From contig OY969585.1 in NCBI GenBank assembly GCA_963701295.1, positions 352,001 through 416,000 on the forward strand: DNA of 64,000 nt. Direction: 5' to 3'. This document shows positions 31,007 through 42,331 of the stretch, piece by piece (positions within the stretch are counted from its first letter, which is position 1; each line of letters starts with the position of its first letter). The DNA comes from Ignavibacteriota bacterium. Lineage in GTDB: Bacteria; Bacteroidota; Ignavibacteria; UBA10030. The notes under the pieces were generated by a model. The model saw only the letters and a program-made list of their open reading frames with translations. It was not told where the DNA came from and did not search any database. The position numbers and the translations under genes are program-made.

Positions 31007-31770
31007 CTATTTACGGTCTTCATGTTGAAAAGTCAAGTAGTCGGAAGGCAGCAGGGTCTTCACGACCAATAGATCTCGACCGAAGCTTTCCCCTTGTTTG
31101 TTGGCATATTTATCGCGTGGATCATCGGTGCCGCCAACAATGAATATTGGTTCTCCCCATTCAATAAAGTCGCCTACTGTTCGCGCAAATTCCGGCGCTT
31201 CAGATGCATAAGAAAGATAAGCAGATCCGAAAAAATGCTGAAGTTTATCTCAATCCCCCCATGAGTAGTCGGTGAATCTGAGTAGATATGAGTTGGAAGA
31301 TGGTTCATACGAGCAAAAAAGACACTATCCTTTTCGAACGTAAGAGGCACTTTCAGCGGACTGACAATTGGCATTTTAAAATCAACCGTACGATGTTCCA
31401 ATACTGCCAAAAAGGAAAGAAAAAGCGCACGAGCAATGTTATAGTCTGCTATCTTGAGCGACTTCAGATATATGGCATCGATAGTACGCATATCACCGCA
31501 TCGATTCCGCAAAACCTGAAACCGCTCATCTAGTATATAGTGCCGAACATGTTTGGTGTCAATTATTATCTGCAGCGTAAAAATTTCTGAGAGAAATGTG
31601 CCAATGGAAAACCCTTCGCTTTTCCCTTCATCGAAATCCCACGAAAGTCCATCTGGATTTTTTCCATTATTGCATTGAGCACGCGCCTCGAACAAAAGTA
31701 TCACGAGGGGAAAAAGTGTAAGCATGAATACGAGCTTGAGAGGGGATATGCTGTGCTTCGAGTGAATCAT
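31007..31770 (-). pseudogene. Frameshifted hypothetical (probably exported) protein
   Basis: The ORF from 31770 continues in another frame near the G6 run (31255-31260) as DKLQHFFGSAYLSY...DPRDKYANKQGESFG... to TAG at 31007. Confidence 0.6.
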
Positions 31771-31816
31771 TCTGCACTTTATAGAAATTTCTTTTACCTC
31801 TGGCGAGAAAGAGGGT

Positions 31817-34800
31817 TCATCTTCGCGTCGTCGGATTCATCCCTTTTGTCCAAATCTCGTAAATCATGTCTCTAGCTTCTTCATTCTTGGGATTACCATT
31901 GACTGCCTGCATTGCATAACCAAATGCGAGACCATATTGGTTCAGTCGGCTATGACAGCGGGCGAGCTGCATAAGCACAAGATCATCATGGATCGTTGGA
32001 TCACCATCGCGCGTTTTACGTAATTCGATGACACGTTTATACTGAGGAATAGCTTTTGCATATTGTTGTGTTCCATAATAGAGATCAGCCAATCGGAGAC
32101 AGAAAATATCTACCGTATCAGATGCGATGAGAATACTCTTCTGAAGAATATTTTCGCTTTCTTTCACATCAACCGGTGTTAAGACTGTGGCGAGTTTGCG
32201 GTCGTTTACATATTTCAGCCAAGCATATTTTGCTAAGGCATTTGGATTTACCGGTTCGAGTTCCATAAGCATTTTGCGATACACAAACGTCTCATTATTG
32301 AGATTAAGTTGTTCTGACGCATTTGCTAATCGTTCAAGAAGTACAGCATCTTTTGGAAATATTTTCTGAATTTCATGCAGAACAGAAAACCCAAAAAGCA
32401 GAGACCCATTATTTTGATTGGTGTGATAAAATCCAATGTTGCGTAATTCCTCATTCGTCAATAGATTATTCTCCATCAGTCTTTTGAGTTGAAGGGGCAC
32501 ACTATCGCATTGCATGCGTTCATCGAATCCAGCGAGTTGTGATACACCTGTGTTCACGAAAAATGCTCCTGGAGCACCATATTCCAAACGAGGATGATCC
32601 TCTGTGTTTAAATCACCTACACCAATATATCGTAATACCGATTTGGACGAAAGCATTTCAAGCGAGAGCAATGTTGCAACATCAGGTATATGGATTCGCT
32701 GAACATCTTCTTGAACATCCTTCGCTCTCATTGCGGTTTGAATTCTGTCGTAATCAATGGATAATGGTTGGTCCGATCCGACCATAATGATATCTGCCCA
32801 CAAAGATTGCCATATCGATACATAGGTGAAGTTTGATTGAAATGTTCGCACAACCATTTTGAAGAGATCATCATTCATTTCATATAGATGAAACCATTGA
32901 ACCATCAAACCGCCTGTATTCATCTTATGTTTACATTCTTCAAAAAAATCCGTTGTGTACAAATTACCGATGCCGGCAATCCAAGGATTAGACGGTTCGC
33001 TTACAATAATATCATACGTACGCGGAGTAATTTTAAGAAATGCAAGTGCGTCTTCAATGAACAGATTTGTGCGTGAATCGCTCAATGGGCAATGATTTAC
33101 TTCGTTAAAATGAGACGATGCCTCGATGACCTCTCGAGAAATTTCAACACAATCAACACGCTTCACATGATGCGTTAAAATGCTGCCGACAGTAACTCCG
33201 CTGCCCAAACCAATCACTAAAGCATTTTGTGGATTTTGATGAAGAAAGCATGGAAGTTGTCCAAGCAGCACTTGTGTCGGTAGATCACCTTTGGATGATG
33301 CGTCCGCCTTGCCATTGACAATGAGAATTCTCTGAGTTTCATTTCCGTACGAACCTTCTGTAACACCAATAGTTGCTGTTGTTCCTTCTCGATAATAGAG
33401 TAGCTTTAAAGTTCCTGTTTCTTTAACAAACTCTTCATAACTGGCAGGAGGTGGAATATTTGTATTCGTCCGACGGAATACACCGGCGAGCATAACATTT
33501 TTGTCCCAATGAGGTACAAAGAGTAAATAGGAAATCAGCGTAAGAATCATCAATGGTACTGCGATATACATTTGACGGCGAGGAACAGAATTCACCAAGA
33601 GAAAAATAAACAAACCTGCTATCAAATTACATCCAATACCTATTTCGATTGTATGCTTGACTCCCACGAGCGGAATGAGCACTAAACCTGCCATTAACGA
33701 GCCAATAACTGTACCAAGCGTATTTATCGCAAAAACATTTCCAACCGATTTACCGAGGACATCAATACCTCGAGCAGCAATGCGTGTGGCTATAGGAAGC
33801 GACATACCGAGAAAAATAGTCGGCACAATCATTAGTATAAAACCGAAGAAAAACTGAATGGTTAAATAAATTGGATATGTCGTGTAGCTGCGGGTAAGAA
33901 TGGATGCCGCTTTCCAGAATGCATAAGGAACACGACCATACAATGGAAGAATGGCAAGCATCGAAAGCACAATGCCGACCTGACACCAAGCCAACAGCGA
34001 GGAGAGATTTTTCACTCGCCGGATAACCGCTGAGACAATAAGACTGCCGATCGTAATACCAGAAATAAACGCCACTAACATGAGTGAGAATGAATACGTA
34101 GAAGAACCTATCACGGGAATCAACATTCGCACCCAAGTTACCTCATAGATCATTGCGGCGAGACCGGAAAATCCAGAAACTATGATAGCGAGAATGACCT
34201 CACGATGAGGAAAGAGTTGTTCCGATTCTTGTAACTCTTCAACAGCTTCTTTATTATGAGAAGGCATCTTCCATATTGACAACAGAAGCGCAAAAACACC
34301 AATGAGAAGATTGAAAACTGCCGCCAAATACACCGTCGTACTCAATCCAAGAATCCGAATAAAAAAGAATCCACTCAACAACGAACCAATAACGGCACCG
34401 AAGCTGTTGAGAAAATAGAGCACCGCAATATTTCTGCCTGATTCTTCTAACTTATGAGAAATAAAGCGTACCAGTACCGGTAATGTTCCACCCATCAGAA
34501 TGGTTGGAACCAACAATGAGCATAGACTTGTGAGAAACTTGAGAAGAAGAACAGTAGTTCCGTCGCTTGGAAGTTGCGATGAAATGACAATCGAAATAAA
34601 AACACTTTTTAGAAGTTCGAGAAACTTCGGATAGAGCAAACAATAAACACCTATACCCAACTCCAGAAACGCGTAGAGCCGGAGTGGCTGTGGCGTGCAA
34701 TCCACTTTCCTTCCCCACCAAGCCGAACCAATAGCGAGTCCTCCCATAAACGTAGCAAGGACAATCGTCTGTGCATATGTTGTATTGCCGAGGAAAAGCG

Positions 34801-34906
34801 AAAGATATTTAAACCACACAATCTGATAAATGAGGCCGAGTCCACCAGAAATGACAAATAAAAGTCCGATAATGGAATGAAGTGTTTGACGGGATAGAAG
34901 TCTCAT
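31817..34906 (-). CDS. Fused MFS-like membrane domain / spermidine-synthase-like methyltransferase fold with C-terminal TPRs
   Basis: SG..GLIYQIVW...GNTTY, two N..G...G repeats, VIGLGSGVT, VEIS, YDIIVSEPSNPW. Confidence 0.9.
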   Translation of the reverse strand: MRLLSRQTLHSIIGLLFVISGGLGLIYQIVWFKYLSLFLGNTTYAQTIVLATFMGGLAIGSAWWGRKVDCTPQPLRLYAFLELGIGVYCLLYPKFLELLKSVFISIVISSQLPSDGTTVLLLKFLTSLCSLLVPTILMGGTLPVLVRFISHKLEESGRNIAVLYFLNSFGAVIGSLLSGFFFIRILGLSTTVYLAAVFNLLIGVFALLLSIWKMPSHNKEAVEELQESEQLFPHREVILAIIVSGFSGLAAMIYEVTWVRMLIPVIGSSTYSFSLMLVAFISGITIGSLIVSAVIRRVKNLSSLLAWCQVGIVLSMLAILPLYGRVPYAFWKAASILTRSYTTYPIYLTIQFFFGFILMIVPTIFLGMSLPIATRIAARGIDVLGKSVGNVFAINTLGTVIGSLMAGLVLIPLVGVKHTIEIGIGCNLIAGLFIFLLVNSVPRRQMYIAVPLMILTLISYLLFVPHWDKNVMLAGVFRRTNTNIPPPASYEEFVKETGTLKLLYYREGTTATIGVTEGSYGNETQRILIVNGKADASSKGDLPTQVLLGQLPCFLHQNPQNALVIGLGSGVTVGSILTHHVKRVDCVEISREVIEASSHFNEVNHCPLSDSRTNLFIEDALAFLKITPRTYDIIVSEPSNPWIAGIGNLYTTDFFEECKHKMNTGGLMVQWFHLYEMNDDLFKMVVRTFQSNFTYVSIWQSLWADIIMVGSDQPLSIDYDRIQTAMRAKDVQEDVQRIHIPDVATLLSLEMLSSKSVLRYIGVGDLNTEDHPRLEYGAPGAFFVNTGVSQLAGFDERMQCDSVPLQLKRLMENNLLTNEELRNIGFYHTNQNNGSLLFGFSVLHEIQKIFPKDAVLLERLANASEQLNLNNETFVYRKMLMELEPVNPNALAKYAWLKYVNDRKLATVLTPVDVKESENILQKSILIASDTVDIFCLRLADLYYGTQQYAKAIPQYKRVIELRKTRDGDPTIHDDLVLMQLARCHSRLNQYGLAFGYAMQAVNGNPKNEEARDMIYEIWTKGMNPTTRR

Positions 34907-34921
34907 AGGTTTGTATCTACC

Positions 34922-35875
34922 TTATGATTGTTTAAAATGAAGGATGAATTCTTGGGCTACATCATACGGTGTAAGAGATCCGGAAAACACTTGATCAATT
35001 TGTTCCGTTAAATAAACAGTACGCTCGGAAGTCCAAAAATCAAAATGCCATTGCTCATTGATAATTTCATGAATATGCTGCTTTAACTGCATTTTTCGCC
35101 GTTCAATAAGTGTATTGGAAGTTTGGAGAAAACTGCGATGTTGATTAATTATCATAATAACTTCAGCAATACCTTTACCCTCATGGGCTTGTGTTTTTAC
35201 AATGCGTGCTAGCCAATCTTGTCCGTTGTGCGGACGGAGTCCAAGAATAAACTCAATGGAATTCATCGCTTGATCAGCGCCTGGACGATCCGCCTTGTTC
35301 ATCACAAAGAGATCGGCAATTTCCATCAATCCTGCTTTCATCGCCTGAATACCATCGCCAGATTCAGGGACCAGCACCACAACGGTCGTGTCAACAGCGC
35401 GCGCAATATCAAGCTCCGATTGACCCACGCCGACAGTTTCCATCAGGATGATATTATATCCCGCGGCATCGAGGATATCTGCTGCTTCTTTTGCTTTCTT
35501 GCTTAATCCACCAAGACTCCCGCGGGACGCCATACTACGGATGAACACACCCTCATCCAATTCAACGTCAGACATACGCACACGATCACCTAAGAGTGCT
35601 CCGCCTGTAAACGGACTTGTCGGATCCACAGCGATAATGCCTACTTTACAGTTCTGCGTTCGATAGTATTTTGCGAGTTTATTCGTCAGCGTGCTTTTGC
35701 CTGCGCCAGGCGGACCGGTAATACCTATTCGATATGCATTGCCGGTTCGAGGGAATAGAGCGCGTAGAACATCGATAGACACTTTTGCATTGTTCTCAAC
35801 AAGTGAGATTGCTTGTGCAACGGTACGTGGATCACAGTGTGTGATCCGATCAACCATATCATCGGTCGAAATCAC
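34922..35875 (-). CDS. meaB: Methylmalonyl-CoA mutase-associated GTPase MeaB/ArgK
   Basis: GPPGAGKST, AVDPTSPFTGGALLGDRVRM, ETVGVGQSE, NKAD. Confidence 0.95.
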   Translation of the reverse strand: MISTDDMVDRITHCDPRTVAQAISLVENNAKVSIDVLRALFPRTGNAYRIGITGPPGAGKSTLTNKLAKYYRTQNCKVGIIAVDPTSPFTGGALLGDRVRMSDVELDEGVFIRSMASRGSLGGLSKKAKEAADILDAAGYNIILMETVGVGQSELDIARAVDTTVVVLVPESGDGIQAMKAGLMEIADLFVMNKADRPGADQAMNSIEFILGLRPHNGQDWLARIVKTQAHEGKGIAEVIMIINQHRSFLQTSNTLIERRKMQLKQHIHEIINEQWHFDFWTSERTVYLTEQIDQVFSGSLTPYDVAQEFILHFKQS

Positions 35876-36804
35876 TTCGGTTGGGAAATTTTCTTCTTAA
35901 AATATTCTGCCGTCAGCCGCAAACCTTCATCTAACTGGACAGTAGGATGCCAGCCGAGTTCTTGTTCGATTTTATTAAAGCTGATTACACTACGCTGTTG
36001 CTCTCCAGCTTTCGCCGGAGCATGTTGTTCAGGGCAGGATGGATTGAGATGACTTCGTAGCTCGTAAAACAGTTTGTTCACATCGCTTTCTATGCTCGTG
36101 CCCACATTATAGATAGCAGATCCGTCGTGCTTCAGTGCTAACAAATTAGCTTTCACAATATCACCAACGAAAGTGTAATCGCGCGTCTGCTTTCCATCGC
36201 CATTGATAAGGGGCTTTTCGCCTTTCAACATCTTATTGCAGAAAATGGCAACAACACCAGCTTCGCCGTGAGGATTCTGTCGCGGCCCATACACATTGGC
36301 ATAGCGTAGAATAACGTGATCGATCCTATGAACTGCCTTATAGAAGAACAAGTATTTCTCGGTACAGAGTTTTGTAATGCCATAGGGAGAAAGTGGACGC
36401 ATGGGATGTTCTTCATCGGCCGGAAAATAATCTTGTTCACCATAAATGGCGCCGCCGGTAGAAGAAAAAATAATTTTCTTAACTCTGTGCTTGCGTGCAG
36501 ATTCGAAAAGGTTAAGTCCGCCAAGAACGTTGACAGAGGCATCAAACTTCGGATCAGCAACCGACCGCCGCACATCCATTTGCGCAGCAAGGTGATTCAC
36601 GATATCAATCTTTTCTTTTTGAAACACATCTTCTAACTTTTCGCTTCGGATATCAAGTTGATAAAAACCAGCCTTCGGGTTGATATTTTCCAGAACCCCT
36701 CCGGACAGATTATCTACAATAACAACATTGTGTCTCTCGGCGATGTACGCATCCGCGATGTGCGATCCAATAAATCCTGCTCCACCTGTGATAAGAATAT
36801 TCAA
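35872..36804 (-). CDS. NAD-dependent epimerase/dehydratase (UDP-glucose 4-epimerase-like)
   Basis: TGGAGFIGSH, SSTGGAIYG, PYGITK, RYANVYGPRQ. Confidence 0.93.
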   Translation of the reverse strand: MNILITGGAGFIGSHIADAYIAERHNVVIVDNLSGGVLENINPKAGFYQLDIRSEKLEDVFQKEKIDIVNHLAAQMDVRRSVADPKFDASVNVLGGLNLFESARKHRVKKIIFSSTGGAIYGEQDYFPADEEHPMRPLSPYGITKLCTEKYLFFYKAVHRIDHVILRYANVYGPRQNPHGEAGVVAIFCNKMLKGEKPLINGDGKQTRDYTFVGDIVKANLLALKHDGSAIYNVGTSIESDVNKLFYELRSHLNPSCPEQHAPAKAGEQQRSVISFNKIEQELGWHPTVQLDEGLRLTAEYFKKKISQPK

Positions 36805-36828
36805 AGTAACTCCTTATTGCTTATTACT

Positions 36829-38127
36829 TTATTTCGTTATATGTAAATACTTGAGTGCTTTCTTTCCGATATCGCTACGATAATAGGTGCCATCGAACGT
36901 AATTTTTTCCACGGCACGGTATGCGTTTTGAATCGTTTGGTCCAATTCGTCATTAAAACCAATCGCTGTCACACCAAGCACGCGTCCGCCGGAAGTTACT
37001 ATTTTACCGCCGTCTTTCCGAGTACCGGCATGAAACACCACAACGCCATCTTCCATTTTGATGTTTTCGAGGCCTAAAATTTGTTTGCCGGATTGATATT
37101 CATCTGGATATCCTTGCGAAGCCATCACGACACACACAGCGGTTGCTTGATGCATTTTCACTTTCGATGGGTCAAGCCGGTGTTCCACGATAGAGAGAAA
37201 TATCTCCGCTAAATCTCCATCAATGAGGGGAACAACAACTTGCGTTTCCGGATCGCCGAAACGGCAATTGTATTCGAGTACTTCAGGTCCCTCAGCTGTC
37301 ATCATTAATCCAATATAGAGACAACCGCGATAAGGATATCCTTCATGCTTCATACCGTTAAGTGTTGGATGAACAACTTCACGTATGACGCACTGGAGAA
37401 TTTCTTCGGTCACTATCGGTGCCGGAGCATATGCTCCCATTCCACCGGTATTCTTTCCAAGATCGCCATCGAGAATGCGTTTGTGATCTTGTGCAGATGG
37501 AAGTGTGACAAAACGTTCGCCATCTGTGAGAATAAAAACGGACGCTTCTTCACCAATGAGAAACTCCTCCACGACAATTCGATCACCGGCGTCACCAAAT
37601 GCCCGGTGCAGAACGATATCATCCAGCGCAACGAGTGCTTCCTGCCGATCTTTACAGATGATGACACCTTTGCCAGCTGCAAGGCCGTCAGCCTTTACGA
37701 TCATCGGTGGATCAAGTGTGTTAATATAGTTTTTCGCTGCATCATATGCATTCGCTGCAAATGTACGGTATTGGGCGGTCGGAATGTGATGCCGCGTCAT
37801 AAAATCCTTGGAGAAGACTTTACTTCCCTCCAATTGTGCGGCAGATTTGCTTGGACCGAAAACCTTGAATCCGTATTCTTCAAAAGTATCTACGAATCCT
37901 TCAACAAGGGGCCGCTCAGAACCGACAACTGTCAGATCTATTTTTTTTTCTTTCGTAAATTTTAACAACCCCTTGACATCTGTCGGTTGTAATTGTACGA
38001 GTGTAGCAAGTTGCTCAATACCGGCATTCCCGGGAGCGCAAAATATTGTTTTTACTTGAGAACTCTGACGAAGTTTCCATACGAGCGCATGCTCTCTTCC
38101 TCCTGAACCGACAACAAGAATATTCAT
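36829..38127 (-). CDS. purD: Phosphoribosylamine--glycine ligase
   Basis: GSGGREHAL, KADGLAAGKGV, QDHKR...NTGGMGAY, EYNCRFGDPE. Confidence 0.98.
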   Translation of the reverse strand: MNILVVGSGGREHALVWKLRQSSQVKTIFCAPGNAGIEQLATLVQLQPTDVKGLLKFTKEKKIDLTVVGSERPLVEGFVDTFEEYGFKVFGPSKSAAQLEGSKVFSKDFMTRHHIPTAQYRTFAANAYDAAKNYINTLDPPMIVKADGLAAGKGVIICKDRQEALVALDDIVLHRAFGDAGDRIVVEEFLIGEEASVFILTDGERFVTLPSAQDHKRILDGDLGKNTGGMGAYAPAPIVTEEILQCVIREVVHPTLNGMKHEGYPYRGCLYIGLMMTAEGPEVLEYNCRFGDPETQVVVPLIDGDLAEIFLSIVEHRLDPSKVKMHQATAVCVVMASQGYPDEYQSGKQILGLENIKMEDGVVVFHAGTRKDGGKIVTSGGRVLGVTAIGFNDELDQTIQNAYRAVEKITFDGTYYRSDIGKKALKYLHITK

Positions 38128-39446
38128 ACAGATTGTTCTTTCATAGTAATAATACTGGTACGATCATAATCCATCAATGATTCGAACTGTTTTGCCAATT
38201 CGCCGGTCAGCATAAGTCGATTGAATTTTGAAGAAAAGGCATTCGGCATTCGTTCCATTTTTTTATGCTCGAATCGAGTGAACTGCTCAAGAATAGCTTG
38301 TTCATGCGCTGCACCATCTTTCAGTGGAACACACATTGATGCACCGCATTCATGAATAAGCTGCTTCGTATATCCCTCAACCAAAGATGCAATCATGGGT
38401 TTACGTGTACCAAAATATTCATACAGTTTTCCAGGCGTTTGATAATCATTATCAATAACAAACCAGAGGAGATCAGATTCGGAAAGGTATTTAACACATT
38501 CACGATGTGGAAGATAGCCAAGAAAACTTACTGCATCCTGCAAATCCAAACGCTTTACAAGCCGCTTATCTTCTTCACGTGCATTGCCAATGAGATTTAC
38601 TTCAATACGTCCCCGAATTCTCGGATTTGCCCGCAAAACGTTTGTAAGCGCCTGTAAAAAAACTCCGGGACTCCTCTGGGCGTAAAATGTACCTGCATGT
38701 GCAATCTTCATTCGCACAGGCCGAATCCGCTTTTCGCTGGCCATCGCTGGAAAATCTTCTGGATCAAATCCTTGCGATATGATGATCACTTCGTTGTACC
38801 TAACAAATGGATACCGCCGAAGAATGCTCTCCTTTACTCGTCGATGCGTTACGATTACACGGTCGGCTGCTCTCAGCACTCGCTTTTCCAAATGCTTGTG
38901 CCAAAAACGGTGTAATGGCGTAGGGAAATATTTAAACGGATACTCCAGCCATGCATCACGATAATCCACAACAAGTGGAATTTCAAACTTCCGTTTCAAT
39001 GCAACACCTATTAAAAAATCTGTTTGCGGTGGTGCAGTTGCAAAAATCAAATCGAACTGCTCCTGCTCGAGCAGACTAGAAGCTGCTTTTACAGCAGCAA
39101 TTTTCCAACCTATTTTAGTATCAGGAATGAAGAACACATCACCGAGGAATTGTAATATTTTCCGCATTCGTTCGGATGGCATTTTAACGACTCCTCGCTT
39201 CTTGAACAAGTGATTGGCATCGTACGAATGTGTACGGATAATCTTCACACCGGCTTCTTCTGCTTCCTTCAGCAACGTATCATCAAATGCGTAATATCCT
39301 GTCGGTTCAACTGTGAGCACGGTTGGCTTCCAACCGTATTGAGGCAGGAACTTCGCAAACTTCACCGTTCGCTGCACACCACTTAATCCCATCGGAGGAA
39401 AATAATAAGCAATAAGGAGGACTTTTCTAAATCCGTCATTCATCAT
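38124..39446 (-). CDS. Glycosyltransferase family 4-like protein
   Basis: AYYFPP...GVQRT.KF.K.L...GW, DYRDAW, PGKLYEY. Confidence 0.85.
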   Translation of the reverse strand: MMNDGFRKVLLIAYYFPPMGLSGVQRTVKFAKFLPQYGWKPTVLTVEPTGYYAFDDTLLKEAEEAGVKIIRTHSYDANHLFKKRGVVKMPSERMRKILQFLGDVFFIPDTKIGWKIAAVKAASSLLEQEQFDLIFATAPPQTDFLIGVALKRKFEIPLVVDYRDAWLEYPFKYFPTPLHRFWHKHLEKRVLRAADRVIVTHRRVKESILRRYPFVRYNEVIIISQGFDPEDFPAMASEKRIRPVRMKIAHAGTFYAQRSPGVFLQALTNVLRANPRIRGRIEVNLIGNAREEDKRLVKRLDLQDAVSFLGYLPHRECVKYLSESDLLWFVIDNDYQTPGKLYEYFGTRKPMIASLVEGYTKQLIHECGASMCVPLKDGAAHEQAILEQFTRFEHKKMERMPNAFSSKFNRLMLTGELAKQFESLMDYDRTSIITMKEQSV

Positions 39447-39449
39447 AAT

Positions 39450-40520
39450 TCACACTATAATTAATTCTTTGGGAGATGTTGTCAGCACATCGCAGCCATT
39501 TTCGCGAATAATAATATCGTCCTCAATTCGTACACCGCCTCTTCCCGGAATATAAATACCCGGTTCTATTGTCACCACATTGCCCGTTTGGAGTATTGCT
39601 GTGCTAAGCGCAGAAAGTCGTATGGGCTCGTGGACATGAATGCCAAGTCCGTGACCAAGTGAGTGAATGAAATATCGTCCATAACCTGCTTGCCGAATAT
39701 GTTTCCGCGCTACTGCATCAACCGACCGAGCCGCAACTCCATGACGTGCAGTATCAATCGCTTTCGTCTGTGCATCAAGCACAATTTTGTATATCTTTTT
39801 CATTTCTACCGACGGTTTCCCGACAGCGATAGTTCGTGTGAGATCGCTATGGTAGCCGAAATATCGGCAGCCGAAATCCAGTACTACCATTTCGCCGCGT
39901 CGGATGATTTTATTAGATGCTCTTGCATGGGGTAGTGCACCGCGTTCGCCGCTTGCCACGATGGGATCGAAGGCATCACACTCTGCGCCGTACTTTCGAT
40001 GCCAGTAGCTGATTTCTGCAGCAATATCACATTCTCGCATGCTAGGCCGGATTAGCGTCAAAATTTTCTTGAATACCTTATCAGTAATTTGTGCAGCATA
40101 TCGGATGAGCGTTACCTCCCCATTATCTTTTATCGCAGTTACAGTTTCGAGGATCTTTGTTGCAGGTACAAAATGTCGACCGGGCAGGAGTTTTTTTAGA
40201 TTCTTCATATCTGCCACCGTAACGTACTCACTCTCGAATCCGATACGTATCTTCAGAGGGATCAGCGATTTTTCGGTGATGAGTGGGAAGAGACTCTGTT
40301 TCGCGATGATGATGGTGAAGCCGTCAACTTCTAGAGGTGCTTGAGATTTATATCGTCTATCCGTGATAAAAAATTGTTTTTCCGGAGTAATCACACATAG
40401 CCCACTGGAGCCGGAGAAACCTGTCAGATAACGAACGTGAGACATTTCAGTTACAAGAAATGCTTGAAGCCGAAGCTCTGTCATCGCCGTGCGAGCTGCG
40501 GCAAGCCGTCGGTGAATCAT
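39450..40520 (-). CDS. Xaa-Pro aminopeptidase (M24)
   Basis: RYLTGFSGS, DFG....YHSDLTRT, HSLGHGLG..VHE, TIEPGIY...GVRIEDD; start moved to ATG 40520. Confidence 0.94.
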   Translation of the reverse strand: MIHRRLAAARTAMTELRLQAFLVTEMSHVRYLTGFSGSSGLCVITPEKQFFITDRRYKSQAPLEVDGFTIIIAKQSLFPLITEKSLIPLKIRIGFESEYVTVADMKNLKKLLPGRHFVPATKILETVTAIKDNGEVTLIRYAAQITDKVFKKILTLIRPSMRECDIAAEISYWHRKYGAECDAFDPIVASGERGALPHARASNKIIRRGEMVVLDFGCRYFGYHSDLTRTIAVGKPSVEMKKIYKIVLDAQTKAIDTARHGVAARSVDAVARKHIRQAGYGRYFIHSLGHGLGIHVHEPIRLSALSTAILQTGNVVTIEPGIYIPGRGGVRIEDDIIIRENGCDVLTTSPKELIIV

Positions 40521-40527
40521 CGAGAGA

Positions 40528-42006
<1,479 letters not shown>

Positions 42007-42179
42007 TTAGTAAAATCGAACGATAAAATTCTTTTCCTGAATTTCATCACAGAAACTTCCTTGGAAGGATAAGTGATGTTCCGCTTATATCAAGTAAACA
42101 TTAGCGCAATTAATTTTGCTGAAAAAATTAGGCAATAATCGACGCAAAAGCAAGAAAACGATGGATGGTAGAAATATAG

Positions 42180-42228
42180 AAAAGCCGGTTTCTCGATCAA
42201 CCCCGCCATGAGTGATCAATAACCGGCT
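42180..42228 (-). terminator. Terminator-like hairpin between the sigma54 regulator and guaB
   Basis: AGCCGGTT / AACCGGCT stem with an inner GATCA helix and a short U tract on the minus strand. Confidence 0.55.
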
Positions 42229-42331
42229 CCGCAAGAAGGAGTTTTGGGAATCTTGAGTTTATTCCCAATTGTTGTTACGAATTATGAATTAGAAGGTTGC
42301 ACAATAGACGAGATTTTTTTACTAAGAGTAT

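Noticed and set aside
31250-31252. TGA next to the frameshift read as selenocysteine
   Set aside because: It needs a frameshift first, and there is no redox motif or obvious SECIS.
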